Origin: Podarcis vaucheri
Lineage: Eukaryota
Reading direction: 5' to 3' (one strand)
Length of the DNA: 64,000 nt
NCBI GenBank assembly: GCA_965113315.1
Contig: OZ220365.1
The notes under the pieces were generated by a model, which worked only from the letters and a program-made list of their open reading frames with translations, ran no database searches and was not told where the DNA came from. Each line of letters begins with the position of its first letter. Within the stretch, counting starts at the first letter, position 1. Of the stretch, positions 1-12,821 are shown piece by piece. Both the position numbers and the translations under genes were made by a program.

Positions 1-427
1 TCACCTCATATCTCTACTACTTTTCATAGTCATTTCCAATGGTTCCTCTAATTCTTTCTGTGGTTAACCTGCAGAATTCAGGTTTTCATGGTGCAGGTGT
101 TGGATTGCCTGGGTAGGAAATTTGCACTGCGTAAGAACGCAAGGCGAGCCTGCTGCATCATGGCAGTGGCCCATCTGAGCCAGCCCCTTTTTCACACGGT
201 TGCCAGTCAGATGCAAGCGGGACCTGAGCATAACAGCACTCGGCTCGCTCATGTTTCTCAGCACCTGGTTTTCAGAGGCATATGACCTCTAACAGTGGAA
301 CTATTACAACCCCCCCCCCCCCATGATTAGAAGCCCTTGATAACATGAATGTGTCTAATCGTCTCTTAAAGCCATACAAGTTGGTGGCTGTCACTCCCTC
401 CTGCAATTCCGTATTTCAGCTGTTCGT

Positions 428-735
428 AATAATAATAATAATAATAAGTTTTATTTATACCCCACCCTACCCAGCCAAGACCGGGCTCAGGGCGGCTAAC
501 ACCAGGTATAAAAACAATTGATTAAAATACAGCTTAAAAACAAGATTAAAATACAACATTAAAATGCAGCCCCATTGCAGTAGAAACTCAAATCAAAAAC
601 TTTTTGAGGATGAAAATGTAAAATCTTTGCCAAGGCCAACTATCCAGACTGGTCCTACGTGGGCCAGAAAAAAGCCAGGGAAGTCCCCAAGTAGGAGTTT
701 CATCACAGAAGGAGAAAGGAAAGAGGGGGAGGGGA
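428..735 (-). mobile_element. L2 LINE 3' end
   Basis: (TAA)n tail plus the reverse complement of the L2 3' end at 10500-10754. Confidence 0.7.
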
Positions 736-1573
736 TCAAGTGAAGAAGTACTTTCTTTTATCAGTGTTTTTAGATGGGTTTGGGTGCAAGAGGAAACCTC
801 AAGTCTCCTTCCTTTCTGAAGCATTACATTGAATTTTCCTTCAGATTTACAATCTGTTACCATTTTAAATGAGAATTCAGGGGGCTGGACTAGATGATCG
901 CTTGAGTCCCTTCCAACTCAACAATTCCATGGTTCTGTGCTGGGGTTTTCGCTTAGAATGACCCAACCCTCTTTAAGTTGTGCTAGTTCATGTGACTCAG
1001 GCCAATAAATCTTTAAAAAACCCCAAGTGTGATCTAATGCATTTTATTAAAAAGCCATTAAGACAGCTCTTCGAGATTATTCCAGTCTGCAGGGCAAGCT
1101 CGGTGCTCAGTAAATGGAGGAAAGGAAGTCTATTAGCAGGCCACAGGCTTTGCTGTGCTAATATTTCCCTCTTTTTCCCTTCTTTCCACACCCCCCACCC
1201 CACCCCTATAATTGAAAAACAAGCGATAGCCATCTAAAGCCATTTGCTCTGCTGTTTTGAGAAAGTATCAATTTCATGCTTGGAGATGGAATCAGGTTTT
1301 CGACATAATTACGTCTGAGCGATATCTGAAAGGCTATTTATCAAGAGTTTCATTTGGTAGCGGTCCCACATTTGCCATTTCGGAAGCGCCGCATTTTCCA
1401 TCCTTGGACTCAAAAACTGCATTTCTGCGGGTTGTGAATTGGCCGGCTTGCACGGTAAACGGTCAGCTGCTGCCCCAGGTTACTTTGCGATAGGAGCTAA
1501 ATATTTGCACCTGACTGGAGGCAGAGGTGGAGCTAGAGGTTACGGAAAATTATTTTCTTTCTTCAGCACCGGA

Positions 1574-1823
1574 GGTAAAAAGGTAAAGGGACCCCTGACC
1601 ATTAGGTCCAGTCGTGACTGACTCTGGGGTTGTGGCACTCATCTCGCTTTACTGGCGGAGGGAGCTGGTGTACAGCTTCCAGGTCATGTGGCCAGCATGA
1701 CTAAGCCGCTTCTGGCAAATCAGGAGCAACGGGAGCTCACCCCGTCACGGGGATTCGAACCGCCGACCTTCTGATCAGCAAGTCCTAGGCTTTGTGGTTT
1801 AACCCACAGTGCCACCCGCGTCC
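1574..1823 (-). mobile_element. Sauria SINE, internally deleted
   Basis: ACCTTT tail and tRNA-like head; lacks the central ~110 bp present in other copies. Confidence 0.85.
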
Positions 1824-2429
1824 TATTCAGTACCGGAGACATGCATCCAAATTTGTGCATTTGCCGCTTTGTACAGATGTGGCAGGAATGGGGGGGTGGC
1901 CCTCCAGATGTTCTCACATTACCAGCCCCAGCCAGTATGGTCACTTGGTAGGAGATGGCAGAGTTCAAGAACATCTGCAAGGCCACAGATTCCCCCCTCT
2001 TGGAATGGGGGCTTTGGTGTCCCGTTTACATTGAGCGTGCTCTGTGTGTGCCACTAGGGATTTCCTATTTTCCATTCATAACATGATTCAAATGAAGAGA
2101 GCAGTGCAGCCTTCACTCGTGTAGAGATCAGTTGTGCACAGCAGAGAGTCTAGCTGAGATTTGTGCCCAGGATGCATCGTTTTAATGAGACCTTCAGATG
2201 TCCTTTAAAGGACCGGACTGTTTTCACAGCCTGGCAAGGAGTTACTTTTGAAATGAATTAGGATCCCAAGAAGAATTGAAGAAGAATTACGATCCTTAAG
2301 GAAGAATAGATAGGTTCTTATGCCAGGCTAGACTGCTTGGTCCACCTCCCCAGTATTGTCCACCCTGGCTGGCAGCAGCTCTCAAGAGTCTCCAGACAAG
2401 GTTTTTCTGCTACCTGAGACCCTTTCAAC

Positions 2430-2670
2430 AGGAGATTCTAAGTCCTGGACTTGGGACTTCCTGTGTGTGCTCTGCCATTGATCTGTTTCCCTCTCTGTGC
2501 ATTGAAATGGGGTCTGCTTCTCTGCAATTTCCAAACTGGTTCTAGTCCTTCTTTCTGGAGCAACAGAGACCAAGTCCAGCCCATCATCTGCATGACAGCC
2601 CTTCAGATATTTGAAGAGCACTGTCATGTTCTCCCCTCCCTTTTAATTTCTTATTTTCTTTAGGCTGAAG
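2430..2670 (-). mobile_element. CR1 LINE 3' ORF2 fragment
   Basis: Minus-strand peptide LFKYLKGCHADDGLDLVSVAPE, a CR1-type C-terminus. Confidence 0.65.
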
Positions 2671-3409
2671 ATATCCAGCTCGTATCTGCCTGCTTCCCTC
2701 CAGCAGCTGTGCTGCATTCTTCTGTCTCATAACCAAATCATGCCTTGAAAAGCAATCTTCATATCACCGGCATTATGGTACCTAACGCACATCCCGCAGC
2801 GCTTCAGTGTGAAATAGTGGCAGCAGTGTACAAAACACGGCCTGTGTTACCTAGTTCAGTTGGCTTCAAAGTGATGGGGAGAGAGGCTTAGAGTTCCCTT
2901 CCCTCCCAAAGGTGAAAATGAATTGCCAAAGGATCCGGGTCTGATGGCAATTCCCTCAGCCTCCTGTAGGACCAGTCTTGCACAACAAAAAGCTTTGAGC
3001 AAGTGGCAGATTCAGATGACGAATGAAAGCAGCGCAGGGAGTTTGCTTGGCAACAGAGCAGTGACCAGCGCTTTCAATAATAAATCGCCTTGCTCCCGTT
3101 AACAAGCACGTTGCCTCCCCCACCCAAATGAATGAATGAAATGAATGCCATTCAAAATCCTGTCGCTTTGGTAGCAAGCTTCCCATTTTAAGCTTCTTGA
3201 AAGCTCTGACCGCTCCTCAGACCTATTCTCACAGCCTGCACTGTTCTGCTTCTCATTTCTAGCTACCCAGACTGTTACCGAGATCAGCTCAATGGGAGTG
3301 TTTCCTCCGCCAAAGCAGTTATTTCAGAAGGGCAGTCCTCCTTTTGCATCACTTGTGGCTGATGTCTTTAAGTAGTGCCCTTAATTGGAGGCCTATAAAA
3401 ACCTCGCTA

Positions 3410-3631
3410 TAAATCTCACGTTGTGCAGTTGGTATAAATGTCTTCGGATGAGGGGAAGACATGCACTTAATCTCCCTGCTGTGCAATATTTGGATAGGAC
3501 TTTGCTCTCTCTTTCTCTCTTAAATTTCATGTTGTTCAGTTGGTATAAATGTCTAGGGATGAGGGGGAGACATGCACTTAATCTCCCTGCTGTGCAATAT
3601 TTGGATAGGTCTTTGCTCTCTCTTTCTCTCT
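3410..3631. repeat. 111-bp tandem duplication in an MRPS5 intron
   Basis: Two near-identical adjacent units, taaat.tca.gttg..cagttggtataaatg...ctctctttctctct. Confidence 0.9.
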
Positions 3632-4190
3632 TCCTTCTCTCCTACACCTCCAGAATAACACAAGTGATACAGTGCACCGTGCCATAGCCTTCTGGCTTGA
3701 ATTAAAACCTCAGGCCTTAAGGAAGAATACATAGTTTCTCAGTTCCTGCGGTTCTTGTTCTTTCCCTGTCTCGGGTCTGCTCAACATCGCAGCCCAGGGC
3801 TGTGTGCATCTCTGATTAGGGTCTGATTCTCTGATATGTAAGAAGGTCTAGTCTCCGGAGCTCTGCAAACTATATTTGGGCAGGCAGTGGTTCAGTGTGG
3901 ACTCAGGTATAAATAAAGTATGATTCACTTAACTGATGTTCCGGCCCACAGTTTAAACACTTGTGCGAAAGCGTTAAGTGACAGCAGGGGAGGAGAGAAG
4001 GTAAATTGGGGTTGACTGGGCGGTTTCATTGAGTTTTGGAGCCCCTGGCCAATCTGTACCCATCTCAGGCTCAGGTACAGATTGTGATGGTTCAGACTGG
4101 TGTGATTTGTAGTGTAATTCCATGCCGAAAGCAATTGTTTAGTAATTATTTTACTGGGCTGCTTTAATGCTCACTAACTTCTTCCCCCAG

Positions 4191-4327
4191 GATACGGTCT
4201 TCACTGCCACCGAGCTATCATTACCATGTGCAAACTTATTGGGATTCAAGACATGTACGCCAAGCTTTATGGATCCAGGAATTTACTCAATGTCACCCGA
4301 GCGCTCTTCAAGGGATTAGCAAAGCAG
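4191..4327 (+). CDS. MRPS5: MRPS5 (mitochondrial ribosomal protein uS5m), penultimate coding exon
   Basis: ttcccccAG acceptor and GTAAGA donor; 137 nt encoding (G)[45 protein letters not shown], matching the recalled uS5m C-terminal domain. Confidence 0.95.
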
Positions 4328-5045
4328 GTAAGACATGCCCGGTCTTATCCAGGGTGGTTCATGTTTTGTTACAGTACAGTCCTATGCATGTCAATTGGAG
4401 GGGCAAGACTGCCACTTTGCATTCTAACTTGCCCTCTGCCCAAAAGTTTGCTATCCATGGTTAAGAGATGATGCACTGGGGGTTGGACTCATGCATTGCG
4501 TCATTCTATAATAAACTGTTAGTACAACAGCCTGGCAAGAGGGGAGCAAAGCAGCTGCAGTTGCCTCTCTGGGTTTGCACTAAGCCATGGTCATGTGCAA
4601 ACCAGTCCAGGGTCTGAGGGATCATGCACTCAATCCTTCCTGAGAACACAGACTCTCACAGTTAAGGCTTATTAGGACACCAGCTTAATCTTTATTCATG
4701 CTAATTGAGCTGATCACGAGACTTGAAAAAACAGGACCGATTGATTTTGAGTTTCTTGGCTTTCTTTCTGGTTTCATATCACCTGGATATTTTTTAGCTC
4801 ATTGTTGCATCCATGAGGGCTAGCAACATATATATATATATATATATTAAAATAATAATAAAATGTGAGGTTATCTGTGTCTAGCAGGTGCCAGTTTTCT
4901 TTCCAAAACGATTTCTGAGTTGCTGGATCCTAAAGCATCCCTTCTCTTGTTCAGAAGAAAAAGGTGACTTGCCAATCTCGCCACTAAAGCCTTAAAGCCA
5001 ACTATGCAGAATATCTACATGGTTACGGTTTGAAATTGGATGGAT

Positions 5046-5300
5046 CAGCCAGTGTGGTGTAGTGGTTAAGAGTGGTGGACTCGTAATCTGGTGAACCGGG
5101 TTCGCGTCTCCGCTCCTCCACATGCAGCTGCTGGGTGACCTTGGGCTAGTCACACTTCTCTGAAGTCTCTCAGCCCCACTCACCTCACAGAGTGTTTGTT
5201 GTGGGGGAGGAAGCGAAAGGAGAATGTTAGCCGCTTTGAGACTCCTTAGGGTAGTGATAAAGCGGGATATCAAATCCAAACACTTCTTCTACTACTACTT
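5046..5300 (+). mobile_element. tRNA/CORE SINE (Squam3-like)
   Basis: A/B-box head tgtggtgtagtggttaag...gggttcg, CORE gggtgaccttggg, (TTC/TAC) tail. Confidence 0.85.
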
Positions 5301-5342
5301 GTGGCTTAAATGTTTGCCTTTCCTCTCCCCTTACACAACTAG

Positions 5343-5567
5343 GAAACTCACCAAAACCTAGCCAATAAGAAAGGCCTCTACGTCGTAGAATTCTGTGAAG
5401 AACGCGGCCCGCTTCCTGTTGTCGTCGCAAAGCCCCAGGGGGCGATCAGAGAAGATCCAGAGCCCGAGGATGAAGCTCTCAATGTCAAATTGGAGTTCAG
5501 TGAAGTGAAGGCAGCGCAAGGAATGAAGAAGAACGTCTGGGCAAATGTGAGAAGAACAGCTTCGTAG
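5343..5567 (+). CDS. MRPS5: MRPS5 last coding exon
   Basis: Acceptor AG at 5341-5342, in frame with the previous exon; encodes [44 protein letters not shown]...[15 protein letters not shown], matching the MRPS5 C-terminus. Confidence 0.95.
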   Translation, partial: ETHQNLANKKGLYVVEFCEERGPLPVVVAKPQGAIREDPEPEDEALNVKLEFSEVKAAQGMKKNVWANVRRTAS

Positions 5568-5885
5568 ACCGGGTCCGTTTATAGATGCCCAAAAGCCGAG
5601 AAAGATGTACCATCGACACAGAGTCCTAGAATTAATTTCCAAGATAAATGCTGTATGAAGGTTTCATTCTAACTTAGGGGCTCAAAACAGCTTGGCTGCC
5701 TCTCTCCAGTGGGCACTCTCTCTCTGTTGAGTGCAAGTGACCAATGCACTAAAATTGCAATTTCATAACTGCATCTGCTTTATTGCAGCTGACCCGGGCC
5801 ATGGAGGGGTGGGAGAGCCTGCAACCTACAGGTTGCTTTCATGCGTAATTTGGGGAGGGGGTGAACTGTCAGACAACGTGGCAGA

Positions 5886-5891
5886 AATAAA
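5886..5891 (+). terminator. Probable MRPS5 polyadenylation signal
   Basis: AATAAA ~320 nt after the stop codon; a second AATAAA lies at ~5957. Confidence 0.55.
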
Positions 5892-7177
5892 GTTGTGACA
5901 AAATCCTGTCCTGCCTACTGATTTGTTTCGCAGCATCTATATACTGTCTGATTGTTAATAAAACCTCTAAGCGGGCCACGCACAAAATTTAAAACTGTCG
6001 CTAAAAAGATGCTTAAAGACAGGCATTGAAGACGTTTGCAAGCTAATTAAAGTCAAAAGCTAGCATTAAAAGATTAAAACACAAGTCGGCATTCTACGTT
6101 AATTGACTGAACAAAAATGTTTTAAGCCAGCACCAAAGGAAACACAGCAAAGCCCTCCCCCCGCCTCCTGTCAATCAGCAGGGAGTTCCAGAGTTTAGGC
6201 ACTGCCACACTAAAAAAACTAATTGTCTCCTTGCACAGTGTTGGAGGCAACTAAGATTTTGCTTCAAGGCACCACTATTTTAAAGAAATAAAATCCACAA
6301 GCTTGCCAGAAACATGCCTTGTACTCAATTGTTTTAAATGTTTGTTTTGCTATTGGGATTGTAGTTCCATTTGTGTTTCTCAAGCTGGTCTCTGACCGTA
6401 ATAAATTTCATGCCTTGTACTCAAGAAAAGCACTACCCAGTCCTGTTAGCGGTGTAAGAAAGGGGGAGATAGAAAGCACCTGAAAGTCTGCTCTTGAAGG
6501 AATTCATTTCAAACAAACAAACGAAAAACAAGACCTATTGTTAAGAGAGAGATTGGGCTACAGTTGTAATAGTCATTCCAAAATGCATCCGCCACAATCC
6601 AGCAAACTCTTATAAATGCAGGTGATTTGAACCATGTATATTGAGAGCTTTCCCATCCGCGGTGGAAGCCTCATTAATTTCAATAGAGGCAGAAGGTCTT
6701 CACAGATGTTCCTGTAGGCATGCAGCCTGCGCTGCGCTGTGCTTCTGGATTAAGATGAATGAGAATAATAGCTGTTTTTATGGCTTCCCCCATTAAAGCA
6801 GCAGCGGCAGGGGATCAAGGGTTGCCAACCTTTTCAGGGCCGGTGGAATTTCGATGATAAAGCGCCCGCAACAACAACAAAAATGTGTGCTGTGCTGTGC
6901 TGTATCCAACAGATACTGGGGCAGGGGAGAGAGAGAGAGAGAGGACCACAAAATGGGATGCCCCATTAACAGGGGGGAAGTCACCTCCATCAGCTGTGGC
7001 TTCCCCTTGCTCACAAACAAGCTCCTTGCACCTCTTCTCTGTTCAGAATGGCAGGGAAGGTGGGAGTCAAAACCTGGCATCCAATAGGGAGTGGGGCATT
7101 TTCGATATCGGAGATGCTGAGAAGCAAACAAGAACTGAGCAGGAGGAGCCAACAGTGAGTTTTTGAGGGGGATAGGT

Positions 7178-7347
7178 CATGGGTAGGCAAACTAAGGCCC
7201 AGGGCCGGATCCAGCCCAATCGCCTTCTAAATCCAGCCCACGGACAGTCCGGGAATCAGCATGTTTTTACATGAGTAGAATGTGTGCTTTTATTTAAAAT
7301 GCATCTCTGGGTTATTTCTGGGGCATAGGAATTCGTTCATTTCCCCC

Positions 7348-7386
<39 letters not shown>

Positions 7387-7455
7387 TCCGCCCCCCCCCC
7401 CAAGGTCTGTGGGACAGTGGACCGGCCCTCTGCTGAAAAAGTTTGCTGACCCCTG
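7178..7455. mobile_element. hAT MITE containing a (GATA)n microsatellite
   Basis: 8-bp TSD GGATAGGT; CA.GGGT.GCAAAC TIRs; (TAGA)n at 7348-7386; a partial copy lies at 58624-58805. Confidence 0.85.
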
Positions 7456-7874
7456 GGATAGGTGCACGAACTTAATAGACAATTGGTCTCAAGAAGCCCG
7501 GACAACAGCATTGATGCAGAAACCCACATGCTCAGTACGAGAACAGGAACACAATCTGGCAATGCTTTTGTGGTTTGGAACCTCTTCATTGGCTATGCAG
7601 CTGGGGTGGCCACTTCCCAGCCCCCCATGCCCTCTGATGAAAGGGTGTCCTTAACTAAGAGACACTAGGGGTGTCTGCTGTCACCGGAGCACAACTTGTT
7701 CTCTGCGAACTCGCTTGGTCGCCTCTTGAGATCCGGCTTACCATCCACCACACTACCAACAGTTTCCCTGGACTCTTGACACTTCCAGGGTCATCCAGCT
7801 CCCTGAGCTCCTCTCCTTGGGATCAGACCACCACTCGCCCCTCCATGATACCTCCACAGGACTTAGGACAAATA

Positions 7875-8100
7875 CAGTGGTACCTCGGGTTAAGTACTTA
7901 ATTCGTTCCAGAGGTCCATTCTTAACCTGAAACTGTTCTTAACCTGAAGCACCACTTTAGCTAATGGGGCCTCCTGCTGCCGCCGCGCAGCCGGAGCACG
8001 ATTTCTGTTCTCATCCTGAAGCAAAGTTCTTAACCTGAGGTACTATTTCTGGGTTAGCGGAGTCTGTAACCTGAAGCTTATGTAACCCAAGGTACCACTG
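7875..8100. mobile_element. Tigger/TcMar-type MITE
   Basis: TA-cagtggtacct...aggtaccactg-TA; an inverted copy lies at 22292-22517. Confidence 0.85.
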
Positions 8101-8292
8101 TACAGATTTGGCAAAAGGCAGGTCCCGCAAAGCAAAAACCTTTTAACTGTCAAAGGCCAGGATAAAAAGGTACACCTTCAAAATGCACCAAACAACAAAG
8201 GTGCTGCATATACCCCTTTGGGGAGGGAGTTTCACAGTTTAGGGTCTGTGTGTTGCCATTGCAGAGTGTGTGCCTATGTGTGCGCTTTGAAC

Positions 8293-8432
8293 CAGTGGCG
8301 TAGCGTGGGGGGTGCAGGGGGGCCGGCCGCGCCGAGCGCAACATCTGGGGGTTAGGGGGCGCAAATCCATGGGTTAGGGGGCACAAATTACTTGCCTTGC
8401 CCTGGGTGCTGACAACCCACGCTACGCCACTG
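8293..8432. mobile_element. hAT MITE
   Basis: TIR CAGTGGCGTAGCGTGGG and a perfect 8-bp TSD CTTTGAAC. Confidence 0.9.
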
Positions 8433-8506
8433 CTTTGAACTTCAGCTGTGCTTCAGCACAAAGCAGCCTTTCAGGAGCCACCCTGAATGACTGGCACATC
8501 ATCCGG

Positions 8507-8753
8507 GAAGAAGAAGAAGAGTTTGGATTTAATATCCCGCTTTATCACTACCCGAAGGAGTCTCAAAGCGACTAACATTCTCCTTTCACTTCCTCTCTCA
8601 CAACAAACACTCTGTGAGGTGAGTGAGGCTGAGAGACTTCAGAGAAGTGTGTCTAGCCCAAGGTCACCCAGCAGCTGCATGTGGAGGAGCGGGGAAGCGA
8701 ACCCGGTTCCCCAGATTACGAATCTACTGCTCTTAACCACTACACCACACTGG
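8507..8753 (-). mobile_element. Squam3-like SINE
   Basis: Reverse complement of 5046-5300 with a (GAA)n tail. Confidence 0.85.
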
Positions 8754-8809
8754 CAGAGAGGGGAAGACTAAAGAAGTTCTGAGCCTGGTAGGTAGGTAGG
8801 TCTACCAGA

Positions 8810-9165
8810 GATCAAGTTGATGGATTATGCCGAAATGTCTAAAATGACCGGAAGAATCAGAAATCGGGGAAACCATAATTTTAATGAGGAATGGGGAAAA
8901 TTTTATAATTTATCTTAAAAACCATTGTGAACAGTTAAAATCATTAGTAGGATTGGAATAACACTTGTAGTTTAATGGTGAGCTTTGGACACAGTGGAGA
9001 GGTAAAAGATTTGGATTATTATAAAAGATGTGGGAGGAAATGATTAACAATAGGACCCACAACAGGGAGGAGGGAAGTCCAGGAGATTTTTTTGGAATCT
9101 TGGTTGTATGTTGGATGTGTGACTAAAATTTTAATCTGAAAAACCATATAAAATTTATATAAAAA
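8810..9165 (+). mobile_element. L1-like LINE 3' end
   Basis: LMDYAEMSKMT-like ORF2 terminus resembling 48821-49138, followed by an A-rich tail. Confidence 0.55.
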
Positions 9166-10192
9166 GGTCTGAGCCACCCACTAACCACAGGTACTTTATT
9201 TTTCCTGTACATAACTTAAAAAAAAAAAAAAATCATACACGTGTTCTTTGTGGTCTATCTAGTCCTTCATTCATCTGTGGCATCATGAACCAGCATCAAT
9301 TTACTGCCCAGCCTTGAAGAGAATTTTTTTTTTGGGGGGGTGTTATTGCAAGAGTGCACAGACTTCCGCCCACAAACCGTGTGTCATATTGACCCATCTA
9401 TGTAATATTTCCATGGAGAAGCAGCTCCACCGGCAGCCTAATGAACAACAGCGAGAAAGAGACACTCTTCTGTGTTCTCCCAACAGATTTCTGGATCTTG
9501 CTTCCAAAGGCTTGCGAAGTCAGGTTTTAGTGCTTACGGTGAAATGGACGGTTTGAAGCAATAAGCCAATTTTACTATTTCAGTTGTGAATCTTGATTTT
9601 CGTTTTTGTGCTGTATTTTATGCGGCATTTTGGAAATATATTTTGAAAGGCAGCTTAGAAGTCTTTTTTCATCAGGCACGGGGAGCCTGTGCCCCTCCAC
9701 ATATTCCTGGATTACCACCCTGCCCAAACCATTGATCAGACTGGTTTAAGAAATAAATGGATGACCAGAAGAGCTGCAGTTTCCTTTAGGACACACGACA
9801 GCCACCAGGTGGCACTCTTCTCTGTACTCCATTGTCCCCTTGACAAAAGGCAGGGGAAAGATCTTGTTCCAGAGGTCATAGATAAAAAGCTACTGAACTG
9901 AGGAACATGGCTTATTCAGGGATAGGAAGCTAACGCACTTCGACCTTGGGGCCCAGATGTTGTGGGACTCCATCTCCTATCACCACAGTCAGGCAGCGTG
10001 GGCGATGATCAGGGATGGTGGAGCTAAAGTTGAGCAACATCTGCAGAGCCAAAAATTCATCATCCTTGGCTTCTCTGAAACCCTTAAACTCTCTAGAGCA
10101 GTGGGTTGAGATAGTGGCATAGCGTGGGTTGCAAACACCCGGGGATGCATGGAGGAGGGTGGGAAACTGAGTACACATGATTATTCAGCTGA

Positions 10193-10710
10193 CCGGTAGA
10201 GTACAGGGTCAGATTTAAGGTGCTGGTTTTGACCTATAAAGCCCTTCACAGCCTTGGACCCTCGTACCTACGGGACCGCCTCTCCCGGTATGCCCCACAG
10301 AAAGCCTCAGGGTCCATAAATAGCAACACCCTAGTGGTCCCGGGCCCTAAGGAAGTTAGATTAGCCTCAACCAGAGCCAGGGCCTTTTCAACACTGGCTC
10401 CAGCCTGGTGGAACGCTCTGTCTCATGAGACCAGGGCCCTGCGGGATCTGATTTCTTTCTGCAGGGCCTGTAAGACAGAGTTGTTCCGCCTGGCCTTTGG
10501 CTTGGAGCCAATTTGATTCCCTTCCCCCTCTTTCTTTTTTCTTTTCCTTTCTCCTCCTGCGATGAGGCTACATTTTAATATTTTAATGTTTCAATATTTT
10601 AATGTATTTTAATTTTGTTTTTAAGTTGTATTCATTCAATTTGTTTTTATTACTGCTTGTTAGCCGCCCTGAGCCCGGCCTTGGCTGGGGAGGCCAGGGT
10701 ATAAATAAAA

Positions 10711-10754
<44 letters not shown>
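10193..10754 (+). mobile_element. L2 LINE 3' fragment with (TAT)n tail
   Basis: FKVLVLTYKALHSLGPSYLRDRL...RAFSTLAPAWWNAL, the L2 ORF2 C-terminus. Confidence 0.85.
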
Positions 10755-10755
<1 letters not shown>

Positions 10756-11171
10756 GGTGTCTGCGTCACCCAAGATATTGCAAGAAAAGAAAGTTGTTCT
10801 GTTGTCCACTTCCTAGTTCACGGGGAGAAGCCGTTTTCAATGGAGCCCAGCAATGGAAGTGTGCCGCTGTATTGAGGCAGAGCTGGGTGTTGAAATTTTG
10901 TATCCCCTAACAATTTTGCACCCAGGGCAACCATCCCTGTTCCCCCCTCCACTATGCCATGGGGTTGAGATGGTGGCGTTTGTTAGCTGCAGCGGTGTGA
11001 AGAGCATTCAAAGTTGAAATTTGCTCCAAGTTGCAATTAAAAGTGATGCAGTTCAGAGGCCATTAAGCCTGGCGTGCACTGGATAAAGCTTTCTTCGCTA
11101 TCCCTTGCATCCATGCACAACCTTGGGGTTGCATTGTCCATCAAGTAATTGGCTACTTCCTTGGGAATTCC

Positions 11172-11338
11172 CAGTGGCGTAGCGTGGGTTGTCAGCACCC
11201 GGGGCAAGGCAAGTAATTTGCACCCCCTAACCCGTGGATTTGCGCCCCCTAACCCATGGATTTGCGCCCCCTAACCCTAACCCCCAGATGTTGTGCCCGG
11301 TGCGGCCGCGCCCCCTGCACCCCCATGCTACGCCACTG
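11172..11338. mobile_element. hAT MITE, same family as 8293-8432, inverted
   Basis: Same TIRs; 8-bp TSD GGAATTCC. Confidence 0.9.
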
Positions 11339-12821
11339 GGAATTCCTTAAAAATAATCGAGAAGATGAATTAATTCCAATTGTTTTTAATGGGTGTGCCA
11401 CTGTCTCATTCTCACATAAAATGTTTTGTTGATCCTGTTCCTGTTGCCGAGGCTCTTATCAGATTTTGCCACTGAGGTCATGGCTCTAGCAGCATTGCAT
11501 GGAATTTGTGGAAATGACTCTGAATAGGAGGAAAGGCGCAGTTCGGAATCAGTGATGTTCAAAAGGTCATGCTGAGTCATTGTACCTAGGATTTTTAATT
11601 TTTATTTTTAAACCCACTCCGTATTATGCTCAGCTAATTACTTTAAACAAATTAGTGGGGGAACTGAGATTTGCATTTGTTTTAATTGCTGTTGCTGAGG
11701 GTTTCAAGCAGCGTCCTCCCACACTCCAGGAAGAAATAATTAGATCTCAAGAAATAATAAGAAACCATTGGTGCAGACGGTGCTCCCTTTTGCCATTGGA
11801 GTTTCTCCATTGCTGAGCAGGTAGCTGGTTATTCAGGCATGCAGAGATCTGTAAAGCAGGTTAAGTTCTAGCCATCAACTCATATAAAATGATATAACTT
11901 AGCTAGTTAGAACGTGTCTACAATTCTGTGTCTACTATTTTAAAATATTTGAGGTGACCAATCTGAAAGTTTAAAGCAAACAGAAATGAAGCACCTCTTT
12001 ATACAGCTCAGCATGTCCTTATCCTGAAGAAATCATTCCCACAGCATGTCATGACGGCTACTGTACTTGCCAAAGCAGATTTTAAAAATATATGAGTACA
12101 GGGAGGACAGAGGGGAGGCCATATGGGCCACTTGGCCTCCGATTCCAAGGGGGCCTCAGTCAGCATACATTCTCTATGTATTTTTAAAAAGCACTATTGT
12201 ATATCTATATTTTCCATTTTGTCTTTATATGCAGATACGGTTCAAGCCTTGAAATAAAATTATTTGTCAGCATAACTTTTGTGAAAATTATTTATATACT
12301 TACCATATTTTTCGCTCCATAAGACACACTTTTTTCTTCCTAAAAAGTAAGGGGAAATGTCTGTGCGTCTTATGGAGCGAATGCGTGGTCCCTGGAGCCG
12401 AATTGCCCAAGGGCAAAAAGCAGATCATGCTTTTTTTTTTTTGAAAGCAGGAAGTGGATGTTGAAACAAAGCCGCTGATCGGGGAGAGAGATAAGGGATG
12501 CTAGAGATAAAGGAGGGAGGGAGGGGGGAGGTAAAAGCCCATGGATCCTCAGGGTTTTAATTCACCATCAGATCACACAGCATGTACATGGCTACAGCCT
12601 GCACCAAAAAAATCACGCACCCACTGTTGCCTGGGACCGCAATGGCACAAAAATGTGGTTACAAAGCACGGATCCACATGGATCCTCAGGATTTTTGCAT
12701 TGGGTCACCCCAAATTCATCATCAGATCACATGTCTGTGACCACAGCATGAACCACAAAAATCATACATCCACTGTTTCGTTGAGAATATTTTTTTTCTT
12801 GTTTTCCTTTCCTCCTCCTAA

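Noticed and set aside
1-4190. Further upstream MRPS5 exons
   Set aside because: No segment matching the preceding MRPS5 peptide was found by eye; it probably lies before the window
10602-10910. Poly-Tyr ORF
   Set aside because: Translation of the (TAT)n tail of an L2 element
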